A stretch of DNA of 64,000 bases from positions 128,359 through 192,358 of the forward strand of contig CAWBEY010000001.1 of the NCBI GenBank assembly GCA_963788015.1, written 5' to 3'. The notes below the pieces were generated by a model that had not been told where the DNA came from, searched no databases, and was given only the letters and a program-made list of their open reading frames with translations. The translations under genes and the position numbers were made by a program. Shown here one piece after another: positions 44,356 through 55,393 of the stretch (the first letter of the stretch is position 1; each line of letters begins with the position of its first letter). The DNA is from an uncultured Phycisphaerales bacterium. Its GTDB lineage: Bacteria; Planctomycetota; Phycisphaerae; Tepidisphaerales; Tepidisphaeraceae.

Positions 44356-44556
44356 ACCCTCCCCCGACGTTCACCAATATACCAATTGTTGGAAGGTTGT
44401 GTTTAATCCCCGCGCAAACCTGTCCGCCCAATGCAACGGCCATCCCGCACACGAATATGCAACTCTGTACCCTGCCCGCACGACTCCCGCTTTAGACCTC
44501 AGAGGGTATACTGCCCACGCGCTACCACAGTTCGACAGAAAAAAGGAGCCCCAACC

Positions 44557-45624
44557 GTGACCCATTCCCTCTTCGGCCGAGTCCTGCTCGTGCTCTCGTG
44601 TATCGTGCTTCCGGCCTTCGCGGCCCGCGCGGCCGATCCCTGGCTGGTCTTCCAGGGCAAGGAAGGTCCCGGCAAAGGCAAGCACATCGTCCTGATGGCC
44701 GGCGACGAGGAATACCGCTCGGAGGAAGGCCTGCCGATGCTGGCGAAGCTCCTCGCCAAAAATCATGGCTTCAAGTGTACCTGCCTCTTCTCCATCGACC
44801 CCAAGACCGGCGAGATCGACAACAACCAGCACTCCAACACTCCGGGAATCGAGGCTCTCCAATCGGCCGATCTGCTGGTTATCCTCACCCGTTTTCGAGA
44901 TCTGCCTGACGAGCAGATGAAGTACGTGGATGAGTACGTGAAGGCCGGCAAGCCGATCGTCGGCCTGCGCACCGCGACGCATGCCTTTAACATCGGCAAA
45001 GGCAAAACCTACGAAAAGTACAGCTACAACTTCGGCGGCAAAGACTACAAAGACGGCTTTGGCCGGCAGATATTTGGCGAAACCTGGGTCAGCCACCACG
45101 GCGACCACGGCAAACAAAGCACCCGCGGCGTCATCCCCGACTCCGTCAAAGGACTCCCGATACTTCGCGGCGTCTCCGACATCTGGGGCACGACGGATGT
45201 CTATGGCATCCGCAACCTACCCGAGAACACGACGCCGCTCGTCATGGGCCAGGTCCTCAGCGGCATGAACCCGACCGACGCTCCGGCCGAAGGCAAGAAA
45301 AACGACCCGATGATGCCGGTTTCCTGGGTCCGCACCTACAAGAGCGAGGACGGCAATAAAGAAGGCCGGGTGTTTGCCACCACGATGGGCGCTGCCACCG
45401 ATCTAAAGAACGAAGGCCTCCGCCGCCTGGTCGTCAACGCCTGCTACTGGGCCGTCGGCCTCGAAGACAAAATCCCCGAGAAAAACAACGTCGAAATTGT
45501 CGGCCCGTATGAACCCCGCAACTTCGGCTTCAACGGCGGCGCGAAAGGCGTGACGCCGGATAAGCTGAAGGAAGGGGCTGAAGATCTGGTTGCACCGAGC
45601 GGTGCCCCGGCCGAAGCAAAATGA
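44557..45624 (+). CDS. secreted ThuA-like (class I glutamine amidotransferase-like) protein
   Basis: GTG start after AAGGAG. Signal LLVLSCIVLPAFAARAADP. ...HIVLMAGDEEYRSEEGLP... Confidence 0.5.
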   Translation: MTHSLFGRVLLVLSCIVLPAFAARAADPWLVFQGKEGPGKGKHIVLMAGDEEYRSEEGLPMLAKLLAKNHGFKCTCLFSIDPKTGEIDNNQHSNTPGIEALQSADLLVILTRFRDLPDEQMKYVDEYVKAGKPIVGLRTATHAFNIGKGKTYEKYSYNFGGKDYKDGFGRQIFGETWVSHHGDHGKQSTRGVIPDSVKGLPILRGVSDIWGTTDVYGIRNLPENTTPLVMGQVLSGMNPTDAPAEGKKNDPMMPVSWVRTYKSEDGNKEGRVFATTMGAATDLKNEGLRRLVVNACYWAVGLEDKIPEKNNVEIVGPYEPRNFGFNGGAKGVTPDKLKEGAEDLVAPSGAPAEAK

Positions 45625-45669
45625 GACGCACCTGTAACAAGATCATCGTGTCATACACGACGGTGGGAC

Positions 45670-45951
45670 TCAACTCGCCTTCGCTTTCTTTTCACGACGG
45701 TAAGCCTTCAACTCGCCTCTAAAGAATTCGTCGAGTTCCTTGTCGCTCATACCGCTTTCAACCACCTGCTGTCGGAACGGGGCAAGGGCCTCGTCCGCGG
45801 GTGATCGAGTCATGGCCTGTTCTATCACCCCTGACGCCAGCGCAGAGATATCCTGGCCGCTCATCGCCGCCTGTTCAGCGAGCTTCCGCCTTGCGGCGTC
45901 GGACAGACGCAGTGTGACAGACATTTCTGTGGTCGGAACAGTCGTCGCCAT
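45670..45951 (-). CDS. ribbon-helix-helix (CopG/Arc-like) protein, a possible orphan antitoxin or regulator
   Basis: MSVTLRLSDAARRKLAEQAAMSGQDISALASGVIEQAM shows the RHH beta-strand plus helix pattern. Its GC is lower than the flanking DNA. Confidence 0.4.
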   Translation of the reverse strand: MATTVPTTEMSVTLRLSDAARRKLAEQAAMSGQDISALASGVIEQAMTRSPADEALAPFRQQVVESGMSDKELDEFFRGELKAYRREKKAKAS

Positions 45952-46007
45952 ACATCACCTCTGGATTGATTATAGCGGAAAGGTGCGCTCATTCGATTGT
46001 CAATCAC

Positions 46008-46814
46008 CTACACGCCCTCACTAACACCCCACCCCCCATCCACCGCCAGCACCTGCCCGGTGCAATACTTCGAACCATCCGACAAAAAATAGACCACCGC
46101 CGCATCCAGATCTTCCCCCTGACCCACGCGCCCGCCATCCAAGGGCTGCTTTGCCTGAATGAACTTTAGAATCGCGTCATCCGACACCGCCCGCTTGGCC
46201 ATCGGCGTATCCACCAGCGCCGGCGCGACGACGTTGAATCGGATCCCGCGCGGGGCGTAGTACGCGGCGCAGGACCTGGTAAATCCTTCAATGGCGGCCT
46301 TCGTGGCCGCGTAAGCGTGGGTCGCGAAGTAGCGCGGTGATGGATGATTGGCTAGGACCGAGCCCATGTTCAGGATGCTCCCCTCACTGTTTTGGGACAT
46401 GAACTGCACCACGGCCGCGCGGTTGGAATTGAACACGGACGTCAGGTTCAGGTTCAACGTATATTGCCAACCCTGATCCGACATCTCATGCAGCGGCCCA
46501 TCGCCCACCGATCTGCCGCTCCCTCCGGCCACGTGATACAGCCCATGAAACCCGCCAAACTCCTTGATCGCTGCCTGGATCGCCTTGGGCGCGGTCGCCG
46601 GTTCGATGGCGTCGCTGGTCAGTGTCCGCGCCGCCTCTCCGAGTTCCACCGCCGCCTGCTCGCGGCTTTCGGCGTCGCGCCCCACGGCCACCACGTTCGC
46701 CCCGGCCGCCACGCACGCCTTGGCCGCCGACAATCCAAGCCCGGTAGTTCCACCGATTAGCACCACGACCTTTCCCCTCAGGCACGGTTCCATCAAACAC
46801 TCCGCGTCAGGCAA
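46008..46814 (-). CDS. SDR family short-chain dehydrogenase/reductase
   Basis: Cofactor site GKVVVLIGGTTGLGLSAAKA. Catalytic Y-x3-K (YAATKAAIEGF). Confidence 0.8.
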   Translation of the reverse strand: MPDAECLMEPCLRGKVVVLIGGTTGLGLSAAKACVAAGANVVAVGRDAESREQAAVELGEAARTLTSDAIEPATAPKAIQAAIKEFGGFHGLYHVAGGSGRSVGDGPLHEMSDQGWQYTLNLNLTSVFNSNRAAVVQFMSQNSEGSILNMGSVLANHPSPRYFATHAYAATKAAIEGFTRSCAAYYAPRGIRFNVVAPALVDTPMAKRAVSDDAILKFIQAKQPLDGGRVGQGEDLDAAVVYFLSDGSKYCTGQVLAVDGGWGVSEGV

Positions 46815-47529
46815 GCGCTGTCGATTCTAGATTGGCTGCTTTCACGTTCTCAACTCCGATTGGCGCCAGCACGATTTGTGGCCGCATTCCGCGGATGCGA
46901 GTCGCCAGCGTTTGCTGCTGGGCGAAGATCTCGCGGTTGACCGAATCCATCGCCCGCGAATCGGCCCGATAAATATCTCCCGTCAGCGTTCGTGCGATGG
47001 ACGACTCCACAAAATCCACCCGCGCCGCCTCCTGCCATCCCGGCCTCACCACCACATTGATCCCGCCGGGCCCATACGACAACAAGCCCCAGCGCGGCGA
47101 CAGATCCTTCTTCTGAATCATCCCTGCCGGGGCCAAAACATAGTGCAAATTCGCCACCGGCTGCATCAGGCACGATCGGAATTTCCCCAGCGTCGAAGTG
47201 TGAAACACGTTTCTTTTCCGGCGCGACTTTACCTTAAAGCTGTTTTGCCGCTCCTCCAGGCAAAGCGACATCTGCCCGTCCTCTCCCAAGTCGCGCAGGA
47301 AGTCAGCGCGCGATGCCTTGCACTCGATAAAGCAGACCTGCTGCATCTCGCGCGGCACGGCCAGATAGTTGGTGTAGGGGCGAAACAAGCCTGTTCCCAC
47401 ACAGTCAATGATCCCCAGCGGCCGAAGCCGCACCTCGGCCGCGATGCACCGGTATCCCATCTTAAATAGCCAGCGGCACCCCTCCTTCTTCAATGTTTTA
47501 TGGAGATCAGTCTCTCCGGGCATGGGCAC
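46807..47529 (-). CDS. MmcB-like PD-(D/E)xK DNA repair/nuclease family protein with an extra C-terminal region
   Basis: ...GYRCIAAEVRLRPLGIIDCVG...CFIECKASRADFLRDL resembles the MmcB/PD-(D/E)xK core. Confidence 0.35.
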   Translation of the reverse strand: MPMPGETDLHKTLKKEGCRWLFKMGYRCIAAEVRLRPLGIIDCVGTGLFRPYTNYLAVPREMQQVCFIECKASRADFLRDLGEDGQMSLCLEERQNSFKVKSRRKRNVFHTSTLGKFRSCLMQPVANLHYVLAPAGMIQKKDLSPRWGLLSYGPGGINVVVRPGWQEAARVDFVESSIARTLTGDIYRADSRAMDSVNREIFAQQQTLATRIRGMRPQIVLAPIGVENVKAANLESTALA

Positions 47530-47662
47530 TCCCTTGCAGGTTCAGGCCCTCGTCCATAACAGTGCGCCGATACAGCCCGGAACACCGCGAAAGTCTGAAT
47601 TGGGCGAAATAGTAAACCGCCCCATCCCCGCGTGCAAACATTGCCGAGCAATGCACTGCCCG

Positions 47663-48895
47663 TTAGCGGTTATCCGCAACCGGCCGCTTCATCTCGTCCC
47701 ACACGCGATGCAGGTCAAGATCAACCCAGATCCGCGCCCCCGCGTCCCCAAGATATTCAGTGCGGGTGATCTTCGCCTGCGACACGGCACGGGTGATGGC
47801 CGATGCGATGTGGGGATCATTTTTTGCGGCGTCGCCAAGCGTCGTCTGCTTGTCCAGCGGCAGCGCTTCGACGCGGCTTCGCAGCTTGACTCGCGCATCC
47901 AATTCAGCGCGGCGGGCGGCCTTCAGCATCTCCTTGTCGCCGCCGCTAAAACCTGTCGAGCCCAAATCTCCCTCCACCCATTCCGGCGCTTTGGCCGGCA
48001 GGGCGATGGCGGCCACTTTAGGTTCCCCAGCGTCGGGCGTCGCCTGCGAGCGGCCAACGGGCCGGGCCATCTTGTCGTAAAACTCTTCCTCCACCTTCGG
48101 CCACGCATCCTCCTGAGGCTGCGTAGTGGCCGACTTGACAATGGCCGATTTCACCACGTCAAAGAACTGCGGCTCATCGACGACAAGGGTCACATCGACG
48201 TTAAGGTCACGCCCGAAATCGACCCGCGCGATGGGCTGCAATGCCAGCCAGTCCTCCACGGCCTGTTGCTGCTCGCGGGTGAGCGCCTCGCCGATGGTCT
48301 TGTGGCCATCGAGACTGACTTTGCTGATGCTGTCGGCCAATCGCCGCACCGCGTTCATTCGCGCGGCCGTCAGCGCCTCCTGCCGGTTTTTTTTGCTCAC
48401 GCGCTCCCACTGCCCGCCCATGGCTGCGGGCTGCACTTGCGCCAGCGCCCCTGTTTCAGCACTCGATCCAATCCCACTGAATCGACGCTTGAGCCAGGAA
48501 GAGGAGGCGCGTTCAAGCTGCACCTGATTGAGGGGGCCGTCGGGGTGTGCGGCCACGATCTGTTTAAGGGCATCATAAATGCGCTGGCCCTCGATCTGCC
48601 AATGAACCTGGCAGGTTTGGGCATCAATCCACCGTGGGCCGCCGATTTCCGATGATCCTTCCAGCGTTTGCTTGAATTGCTCGACCGCCCCCACCTTGCC
48701 CAGGTAACGTCCGATAGAAAGCCCGGCGCCGACAGGAGCGTCGGCCATATCCCGATAAAGGCTCGACAATGCCCGTGCCCGCGCCGCCCGCACCGTCTCG
48801 GCGGCCGGCTGAGGATCGGCCGGCATCGGCGCCTGTGCAGTGGCCACGCAATAAGCGGCCAGCAATGCACCAATAATGACCAGCAGCGAACGCAT
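47663..48895 (-). CDS. secreted hypothetical protein
   Basis: Signal peptide MRSLLVIIGALLAAYCVATAQA. No recognisable domain. Confidence 0.4.
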   Translation of the reverse strand: MRSLLVIIGALLAAYCVATAQAPMPADPQPAAETVRAARARALSSLYRDMADAPVGAGLSIGRYLGKVGAVEQFKQTLEGSSEIGGPRWIDAQTCQVHWQIEGQRIYDALKQIVAAHPDGPLNQVQLERASSSWLKRRFSGIGSSAETGALAQVQPAAMGGQWERVSKKNRQEALTAARMNAVRRLADSISKVSLDGHKTIGEALTREQQQAVEDWLALQPIARVDFGRDLNVDVTLVVDEPQFFDVVKSAIVKSATTQPQEDAWPKVEEEFYDKMARPVGRSQATPDAGEPKVAAIALPAKAPEWVEGDLGSTGFSGGDKEMLKAARRAELDARVKLRSRVEALPLDKQTTLGDAAKNDPHIASAITRAVSQAKITRTEYLGDAGARIWVDLDLHRVWDEMKRPVADNR

Positions 48896-49072
48896 AGTAG
48901 TTTCCCGGATGATCTTAACCGGCCAAGGCCGCTCTACCAGTAGACAGGCTATGGCCCAACACGTTAGCCCGGCAGTCTGCATTGGCGCGAAGATTACTTA
49001 CCACGGTACGGGGTAGGAGCGACGACCCGCGCTTGAGGCGAAACCGGGTTACCAGTCTGCCCGCCCAGGCCT

Positions 49073-49915
49073 TTATTTGTGGAAGATGTCGGCAATGGGC
49101 CTGGCGTGGGCACTCGCGCCGGCGTGGCCGATGCCATAGAAGTCTTCGATGGTGCGCAGGATGTTGAAGTGGGTAATCGGCTCGGCGTAGCGCCCGGGCT
49201 TTATCCTTGCCCCTGCGATCAGCGTCGGGATGTGATTGGGATCCGAATCGCTTTCATCCCACTGGATGATGAGAACGCTGCTGTGCATCCTGGCCCAGCG
49301 GACGTAGCCATCGAGGTTTTTCTTCAGCCACTGGTCGCCTCGGGCAATCGATCCATCGTGCATGTCATTGGTTAAATCGGGCGTGACGAAGGAAACCGTT
49401 GGCAGCCTGCCATAATTTTTTGGGAAAGCGCTCAATGGACGACTGTCCTCCGGCGGCACATCCGCAAACTCGGTCCAGGGGGCGTGGCGTCGCACATAGT
49501 TTCCGACGTCGTCGCCTACATAGCCGGCGTAGGGGAGGCCCTCGGAATATCCGGCGAAGGTCTGGCCGTGTTGAATGAGCAGGCCAGCCAGATCCGGGCC
49601 CGGGAGTGGATTGTCCGGCGTGGCATCGCCCTGGAGGCCGCGTGTTGAGCCGGAAAAGATGTCGAGGTAATCCAGCAGACTTGGGTGGGTGTTGGCAAAG
49701 GAGTTGGTCATCAGGGCGGAACTTCGCGCCAGCGACTGAAAATACGGGGCCGCGCCGGGCTTCATGATTTCGTTGTAGGAATGGTTTTCCTCCATGACCA
49801 CAACGACGTGTGCGGGCCGGGGCAGGCCGGCCGATAACATCAGGCGGGGCTCGACGCTTTCGAGAGTGGGGGCGGCGCAAGAGGCGGGGCGACGGCTACT
49901 TTTTGACGAAGGCAT
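49073..49915 (-). CDS. phosphoesterase family protein (PLC/acid phosphatase AcpA-like) with a planctomycete 'EPRLMLSA' N-terminal motif
   Basis: ...TLESVEPRLMLSAGLPRPAHVVVVMEENHSYNEIMKPG... Confidence 0.55.
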   Translation of the reverse strand: MPSSKSSRRPASCAAPTLESVEPRLMLSAGLPRPAHVVVVMEENHSYNEIMKPGAAPYFQSLARSSALMTNSFANTHPSLLDYLDIFSGSTRGLQGDATPDNPLPGPDLAGLLIQHGQTFAGYSEGLPYAGYVGDDVGNYVRRHAPWTEFADVPPEDSRPLSAFPKNYGRLPTVSFVTPDLTNDMHDGSIARGDQWLKKNLDGYVRWARMHSSVLIIQWDESDSDPNHIPTLIAGARIKPGRYAEPITHFNILRTIEDFYGIGHAGASAHARPIADIFHK

Positions 49916-51200
49916 AAAGCTTGTCCTGGGTGCGCACCAGCACGGTGCCCTGGGCGGCGACAACCGACGAGCGGGAAAACTTCCCGCCGCCGCCCAGCTC
50001 ATTTTTGCTGAGCGTCTTTAGATCATCGGCCGACAGGACCCAAACCGTTCCCTCTTCGTTCATGCAATATATTTTGCCATCGGCGCCGGTTGGCGATGCG
50101 CGAAACACGCTGCCGCCGCCTAGATCGCCCATCATTTTCTGTTCCCCGGTTTTCGGATCGACGCCGTAGATTTTCTTCTTATCGCCATCCAGGACGTAGA
50201 GATTGCCTTTGTAGAAGAGGGGCACACAGACGTCGCTGGTGAGGTCTTTGCTTTTCCAGGCCACGCCCGAGGCCGTCACGTCGCCTTTGCCATCGGTTTT
50301 GACGGCAAAAATCTTTCCGCCCTTGGGCGGGCAGGAGATGGCCAGGTCATCGGCGATGACCACCGACGGCACGAGGCGCAACTGGTCGGCGTGGGCGTTG
50401 TTCCAACCGCCGCAGCGCCAGAGTTCTTCGCCGGTGTTCGCATCATGGCCGCTGACGCAGTCGCCGCCGATGAGAACGATCTGCGTGCCGGCCGTGGTTT
50501 GGAGCGGAGTTGGAGAGCTGTAGGCTTCCTTGGATTCGCCGTGTGCCTCGTTCGGGCGGATATGCTTCCAAAGATCCTTGCCCGTGCGTGGATCGATCGC
50601 CAGCAGGTATGAATCCGCCGGCGTCGCCCCTTTGGGGGCCGGCCCATGCGGCGGCACATCGCGCTGCAACACCTGCACATAAAGCTTGCCGCCATGGAGA
50701 AGCGGGCTGGAGCCGTAAATCCATTGGACGTTGAAGGGGCCAAAATCCGTTTGCAGGTTGCGCGCCCAGAGGGTTTTTCCGTCAAAATCGTAAGCCAGCA
50801 AATCGCCGGTCCCATAATAGAAGTAGACGGTGTTGCCGTCGGTGATGGGGGAGGGGCTGGCCAACTGGTTCATCTTGTTGGTGCTGAACCCCTCGGCGAT
50901 CTCATGCTGCCAGAGCACCTTGCCATCGACGCGATTGATGCAAAGGGCCTGGAGCTTTTGCGTCTTGCTATCCAGCGAGCTGACGAATATTCGATCACCC
51001 CAGACGACAGGCGTGGCCGAGCTGACGCCGGGCATATCGACTGCCCACAACATCGTCTCGGTTTTGCTCAACTTGTCCGGGAGGTTGGCCTCGGCGGTCG
51101 AGCCATTGCAGGCCGGGCCGCGCCATTGCGGCCAATTTTCTCCACGCGCGACGTTTAGAAGCCCAACCGTCAACGCCAGCAAAACAATGAATCGCTTCAC
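49896..51200 (-). CDS. PQQ-like beta-propeller repeat protein (BamB-like)
   Basis: GTG start after GGAGGA. Signal VKRFIVLLALTVGLLNVARG. ENWPQWRGP... with repeated ...LYV.D..G.L.A.D..TG blades. Confidence 0.7.
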   Translation of the reverse strand: MKRFIVLLALTVGLLNVARGENWPQWRGPACNGSTAEANLPDKLSKTETMLWAVDMPGVSSATPVVWGDRIFVSSLDSKTQKLQALCINRVDGKVLWQHEIAEGFSTNKMNQLASPSPITDGNTVYFYYGTGDLLAYDFDGKTLWARNLQTDFGPFNVQWIYGSSPLLHGGKLYVQVLQRDVPPHGPAPKGATPADSYLLAIDPRTGKDLWKHIRPNEAHGESKEAYSSPTPLQTTAGTQIVLIGGDCVSGHDANTGEELWRCGGWNNAHADQLRLVPSVVIADDLAISCPPKGGKIFAVKTDGKGDVTASGVAWKSKDLTSDVCVPLFYKGNLYVLDGDKKKIYGVDPKTGEQKMMGDLGGGSVFRASPTGADGKIYCMNEEGTVWVLSADDLKTLSKNELGGGGKFSRSSVVAAQGTVLVRTQDKLYAFVKK

Positions 51201-51345
51201 GCTAGTCCTCCGGAATTCAAGCAGTGCAACCGTTATCAAGCAGTGGGCGAATCCTAACCCGCCCGCCTCAACCCCGCCAGTTGCCGCCGCCTCCCTGCCG
51301 TGCATGGCAACTGCCTGATCGGCGGACTATATTTTCGCTCACGCC

Positions 51346-52792
51346 ATGCTTCCCCGCCCTTCACTGCCCCTTCCTGCCCTTGTACTCCTTGCACTTTCAG
51401 CCGTTGCGCTCTCGGCCGCAATCCACGTTCGCGATGGCCTATTTCAACCCGTCGCCTTCGAGTGGCTCACGCTGTCGCTGCTGGCCGCCATTGCGGCTTT
51501 TGTTTTTCTCTCTCCTCGCGGGAATGCCATTTCCTCCTGGCGGAGCTTTTTCACCACCCGCATCACGATCAACCGCCTGCGCCTGCTGCTCTTCATCGGG
51601 CTGCTGTTTGAGCTTTTCCAATTGCTCACCAGCCGGCCGGGTTCGGATTACGCCGCGACGCATGGGGTGTCGCCCACGACCCTTTTTCGCGCGTCTCTTT
51701 ACCTCGTGGCGGCGCTGACGCCCTTGCTACTTTTCCCGAAGACGGCGCGCGCTGGGCTATTTGTCCTTGTTGGCTTATTCGTGGTGATGGGGATTTCGTG
51801 GCTACGTTCAAACCCCCAGCCGTTCATGGATGTGTGGTGGGCCCAGCAGTCAGGCCTGAGTGAATTCGTGCAGGGGCGATCGCCATTTGCGTCCACCTAC
51901 CCGGATATTTACAACCAGCCCGAAGGAGGCTTGGTTCATAATGGGCGGGTGCTCGCAGGGTTTCCTTATCCGCCGGTCACCTTCTGGCTCGACCTTCCGG
52001 GCTATCTGATCGCCCGCGACTATCGGTATGCGAACCTGGGCGCCGTTGCTCTGTCGGCCATATGCATTGCACTGGCCGCCCCCCGCCAGCGCGGTGCATC
52101 GGTCGCGCCGCTGGCGGCGGCACTTTTCCTCTTCACGCCGCGCGTCTTTTTCATCCTCGAATCCGGCTGGACCGAGCCCAGCGTCATCCTTCCTCTCGCG
52201 CTCGCGCTCGTCTGTGCGATGCGCTTCCCGCATCTGCTTGGCATCCCGCTTGGCCTGTTCTGGGCCAGCAAGCAATACATGCTCTTTGCAATTCCCCTTT
52301 CTCTTCTCCTAATTCCAAAGCCGCTGGTTGTGAAGCCTACTATCCGGCTTTTTGGCCTGGCGCTGCTGGCCGCCCTTCTCACCAGCCTGCCGCTGATCGT
52401 GTGGAATGTTCCAGCCTTTCTTCGCAGCAATCTGCTGCTGGCGACGGGCGCCGGCCTGCGCCGATGCGCTCAGTTACCTGGCGCTCTATCTCGATCAGAC
52501 CGGGAATCAGCCGCCGATGTGGATCGTGAACCAGTTGGGCTTTGCCCTTGCCATTGTCGCCACGGCCATTGTCCTCTGGCGTGCGCCGCGCAACGTGGCC
52601 GGGTTCTCGGCCGGCCTGGCGCTGGTGTACACGGTCTTCTTCGCCTTCGGGAAATTCGCCTTCTGTAATTACTATTACTTCATCATCGCCGCCCTCTGCT
52701 GCGCAGTCGCGACGGCAGACGCAAGAGGCACGCAGGACGCGCCCCCGGTATCGACGGCCAAACAGCGTGCCCGTATCCTGTCCGGCGCCTGA
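51346..52792 (+). CDS. polytopic membrane protein, GT-C-like (DUF2029/GT87-like) glycosyltransferase candidate, frameshift near 52430
   Basis: At least 10 predicted TM helices. ...DVWWAQQSGLSEFVQGRSPFASTYPDIY.... Continues in ORF 52406-52792. Confidence 0.4.
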
Positions 52793-52813
52793 TGGAATAA
52801 GGAGCCCACCACC

Positions 52814-54088
52814 ATGCCAAACCTCACCGCAGATTCCACGCCAACGCTTCTGGTATCTCCTGAATCGTCCCACATCGGGCGGGGCAAGTGGCTCGTGCTG
52901 ATGGCGGCGTTTCTCGGGTGGATGTTTGACGGCCTGGAAATGGGGATTTTCCCGCAGATTTCCCGCCCGGCCCTCACGGAACTCCTCAAAGGCTCGGCAG
53001 ATCTCAAAGCGGCCATGGGATGGTGGAATCAATTCATCGCGGCCATGTTCCTGTGGGGCGCGGCCGTGGGAGGACTGCTCTTCGGATGGCTCGGCGACAA
53101 GATCGGCCGGGTCAAAGCGATGGCGATCTCCATCCTCATCTACTCAGCATTCACCGGCCTGCTGTACTTTGTTAAATCCCCCACACAAATCGCGTCGTTG
53201 CGTTTCGTTGCGGCGATCGGCATGGGCGGTGAGTGGGCGCTGGGGGTTGCGCTGGTCATGGAAGTCTGGGACGCCAAATATCGCCCCATCCTCGCCGGCC
53301 TGATCGGCGCGGCCTCGAACCTCGGCTTCGTTCTCATCAGCGCTCTAGGGGCGACGATCAAGGTGGACCTATCCAACTGGCGATTGATCGTTCTCGCCGG
53401 TGCTGCTCCCGCTTTGCTCACCTTCATTATCCAGCTCTTTGTCCCCGAGTCGCACAAGTGGCAGGAATCGCAGAACAATGCACCCTCGCGGCCATTGCGT
53501 GAACTCTTCGGCAACCCGCGCCTTGCCACCATCGCCCTCATGGCCATCTGCTTCACTTCCGTGGCTTTGCTCGGCACCTGGGGCGCGGTGCAGAATATCG
53601 CACCTTGGGCCGGCGGCATGAAGAGCAAAACCCCCGCCGCCATCGGCGTCGCCGGCATCGTCATTGGCCTGGGCGCGATCGTCGGTTGCCTCGTCGCCCC
53701 GCTCATCGCCGCCCTGCTCAATCGCCGAACCGCTTATTGCCTCCTCTGCCTCGCATCCCTCGTCACCTGCCAGATCCTCTTTCGTTACTTCACCGATTAC
53801 ACCTGGGGTTTTCTGGGCATGGCTTTTCTGGTTGGCATCGCCACCGCGGCATTTTATGGCTGGCTTCCGCTTTATCTGCCTGAGCTTTTTCCGACGCGTG
53901 TCCGGGCCACCGCGCAAGGCATCGCCTTCAACTTCGGCCGAATTTTCGCGGGCTTCGGCGCCATCACCGGCGCCATGGTGGGCAAGGATTTCGCGCAGAT
54001 CGGCACTTACGTGTCGATGATCTATATCCTGGGCATCGCGGTCATCTGGCTATCGCCTGAAACCAAAGGCCGGCCTCTCCCCGATTAA
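52814..54088 (+). CDS. MFS transporter (intact)
   Basis: GWMFDGLEMGIFPQI...GWLGDKIGRVKAMAISILIY... 12 TM helices. No frameshift. Confidence 0.8.
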   Translation: MPNLTADSTPTLLVSPESSHIGRGKWLVLMAAFLGWMFDGLEMGIFPQISRPALTELLKGSADLKAAMGWWNQFIAAMFLWGAAVGGLLFGWLGDKIGRVKAMAISILIYSAFTGLLYFVKSPTQIASLRFVAAIGMGGEWALGVALVMEVWDAKYRPILAGLIGAASNLGFVLISALGATIKVDLSNWRLIVLAGAAPALLTFIIQLFVPESHKWQESQNNAPSRPLRELFGNPRLATIALMAICFTSVALLGTWGAVQNIAPWAGGMKSKTPAAIGVAGIVIGLGAIVGCLVAPLIAALLNRRTAYCLLCLASLVTCQILFRYFTDYTWGFLGMAFLVGIATAAFYGWLPLYLPELFPTRVRATAQGIAFNFGRIFAGFGAITGAMVGKDFAQIGTYVSMIYILGIAVIWLSPETKGRPLPD

Positions 54089-54093
54089 GGCCG

Positions 54094-55393
54094 CTACGTT
54101 AACTGCCCCTCAATGTGGTTCAACTGATCGGCGATTTCCTTGTCGGCTTTCACATCTTCATCAACGGTGCGCACCGCGTGCATAACGGTGGTGTGATCCC
54201 GGCCGCCAAAGTAGCCGCCGATTTCTTCCAGTGAATAGCGCGTGTGGCGGCGCCAGATACATGCACACCTGCCGCGGAAACGCGATGCTCTTGTGGCGCT
54301 TCTTGCTCTGTAAGTCCGACAAGCGCACGTTGTAGTAGTGAGTGACGGCGTCGAAGATCTGCTGAATGGTAATCCGCTTCGGATCGTGATTGCCGCTGTC
54401 CCCCAGCGCCACTTTCGCAAGCTCCAGGTCGATGTGCCTATTCTGCAGCATCGCCATCCCCTGCAGCTTGGTGATCGCTCCCTCCAACTCGCGCGTATTG
54501 CTCTCGATCTTTGAGGCGATATAGCACACCACGTCATCGGGCAGCTTCAATCCGCGCAGCCGCGCTTTCTTCTGCAGGATCGCCATCCGCGTTTCATAGC
54601 ACGGCTTCTCGATGCGCGCCACCAGCCCCCAGTTAAACCGGCTCACCAATCGCTCTTCCAGCTCCGGAATTTCCGAAGGCGGGCAATCGGCCGAGAGAAT
54701 AATCTGCTTGTGCTGCTGATAAAGCGTATTGAAGGTGTGAAAAAACTCTTCCTGCGTCCGGTCCCGCTTGGCCAGGAAGTGAATATCGTCAATCACAAGA
54801 ATATCCACGTGCCGATACCGATACCGGAACGTATTCATCTCCCCGGTCTCAATGGCGTTGATAAACTGATTGATAAAGCTGTCGCACGACAGATACAAAA
54901 TCCGCAGGTTGGGCTGGCGCTCCAGCACCTGCTGGCAAACCGCCTGGAGCAGGTGCGATTTTCCCAGCCCCACGCCGCCGTGGATGAAGAGCGGGTTGTA
55001 CGACTTGCCCGGTTGCTCGGCGACGGCCACGCTGGCGGCGTGTGGCAACTGGTTGCACGGGCCGGTCACGAAATTTTCAAACACGTAATCGGGGTTCAGC
55101 GGCAGCGGCTGATCCCCTTCATTGAAGACGCCGCCGGTGGAAAGATTTTCGCAGTGAAACGCGACGGCCACCAACCTCCCCGTCACGGCCTGCGCGGCCG
55201 TCGTGAACGGTTGCTGGCACTGCACTGGCAGAAATTCAGTTGCGCTGGCGTCCCCACCGTCACCTGAATCACGCCGTTGGTGAGTTGCCGCGGCGACATC
55301 TGGTCAAACCAGACGCGGTTCAGGCTCGGATGCTGCGCGGACCGCCTGAAGAATCTGATTCCAACTGGATGGATCAAGCGAAATAGGCTCCAT
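54094..55393 (-). CDS. dnaA: chromosomal replication initiator DnaA, at least three frameshifts
   Basis: N-terminus MEPISLDPSSWNQILQAVRAQHPSLNRVWFDQMSPRQ. AAA+ NPLFIHGGVGLGKSHLLQAV, ...VDILVIDDIHFLAKRDRTQEEFFHTFN. C-terminal DNA-binding domain ...HTRYSLEEIGGYFGGRDHTTVMHA. Confidence 0.85.
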
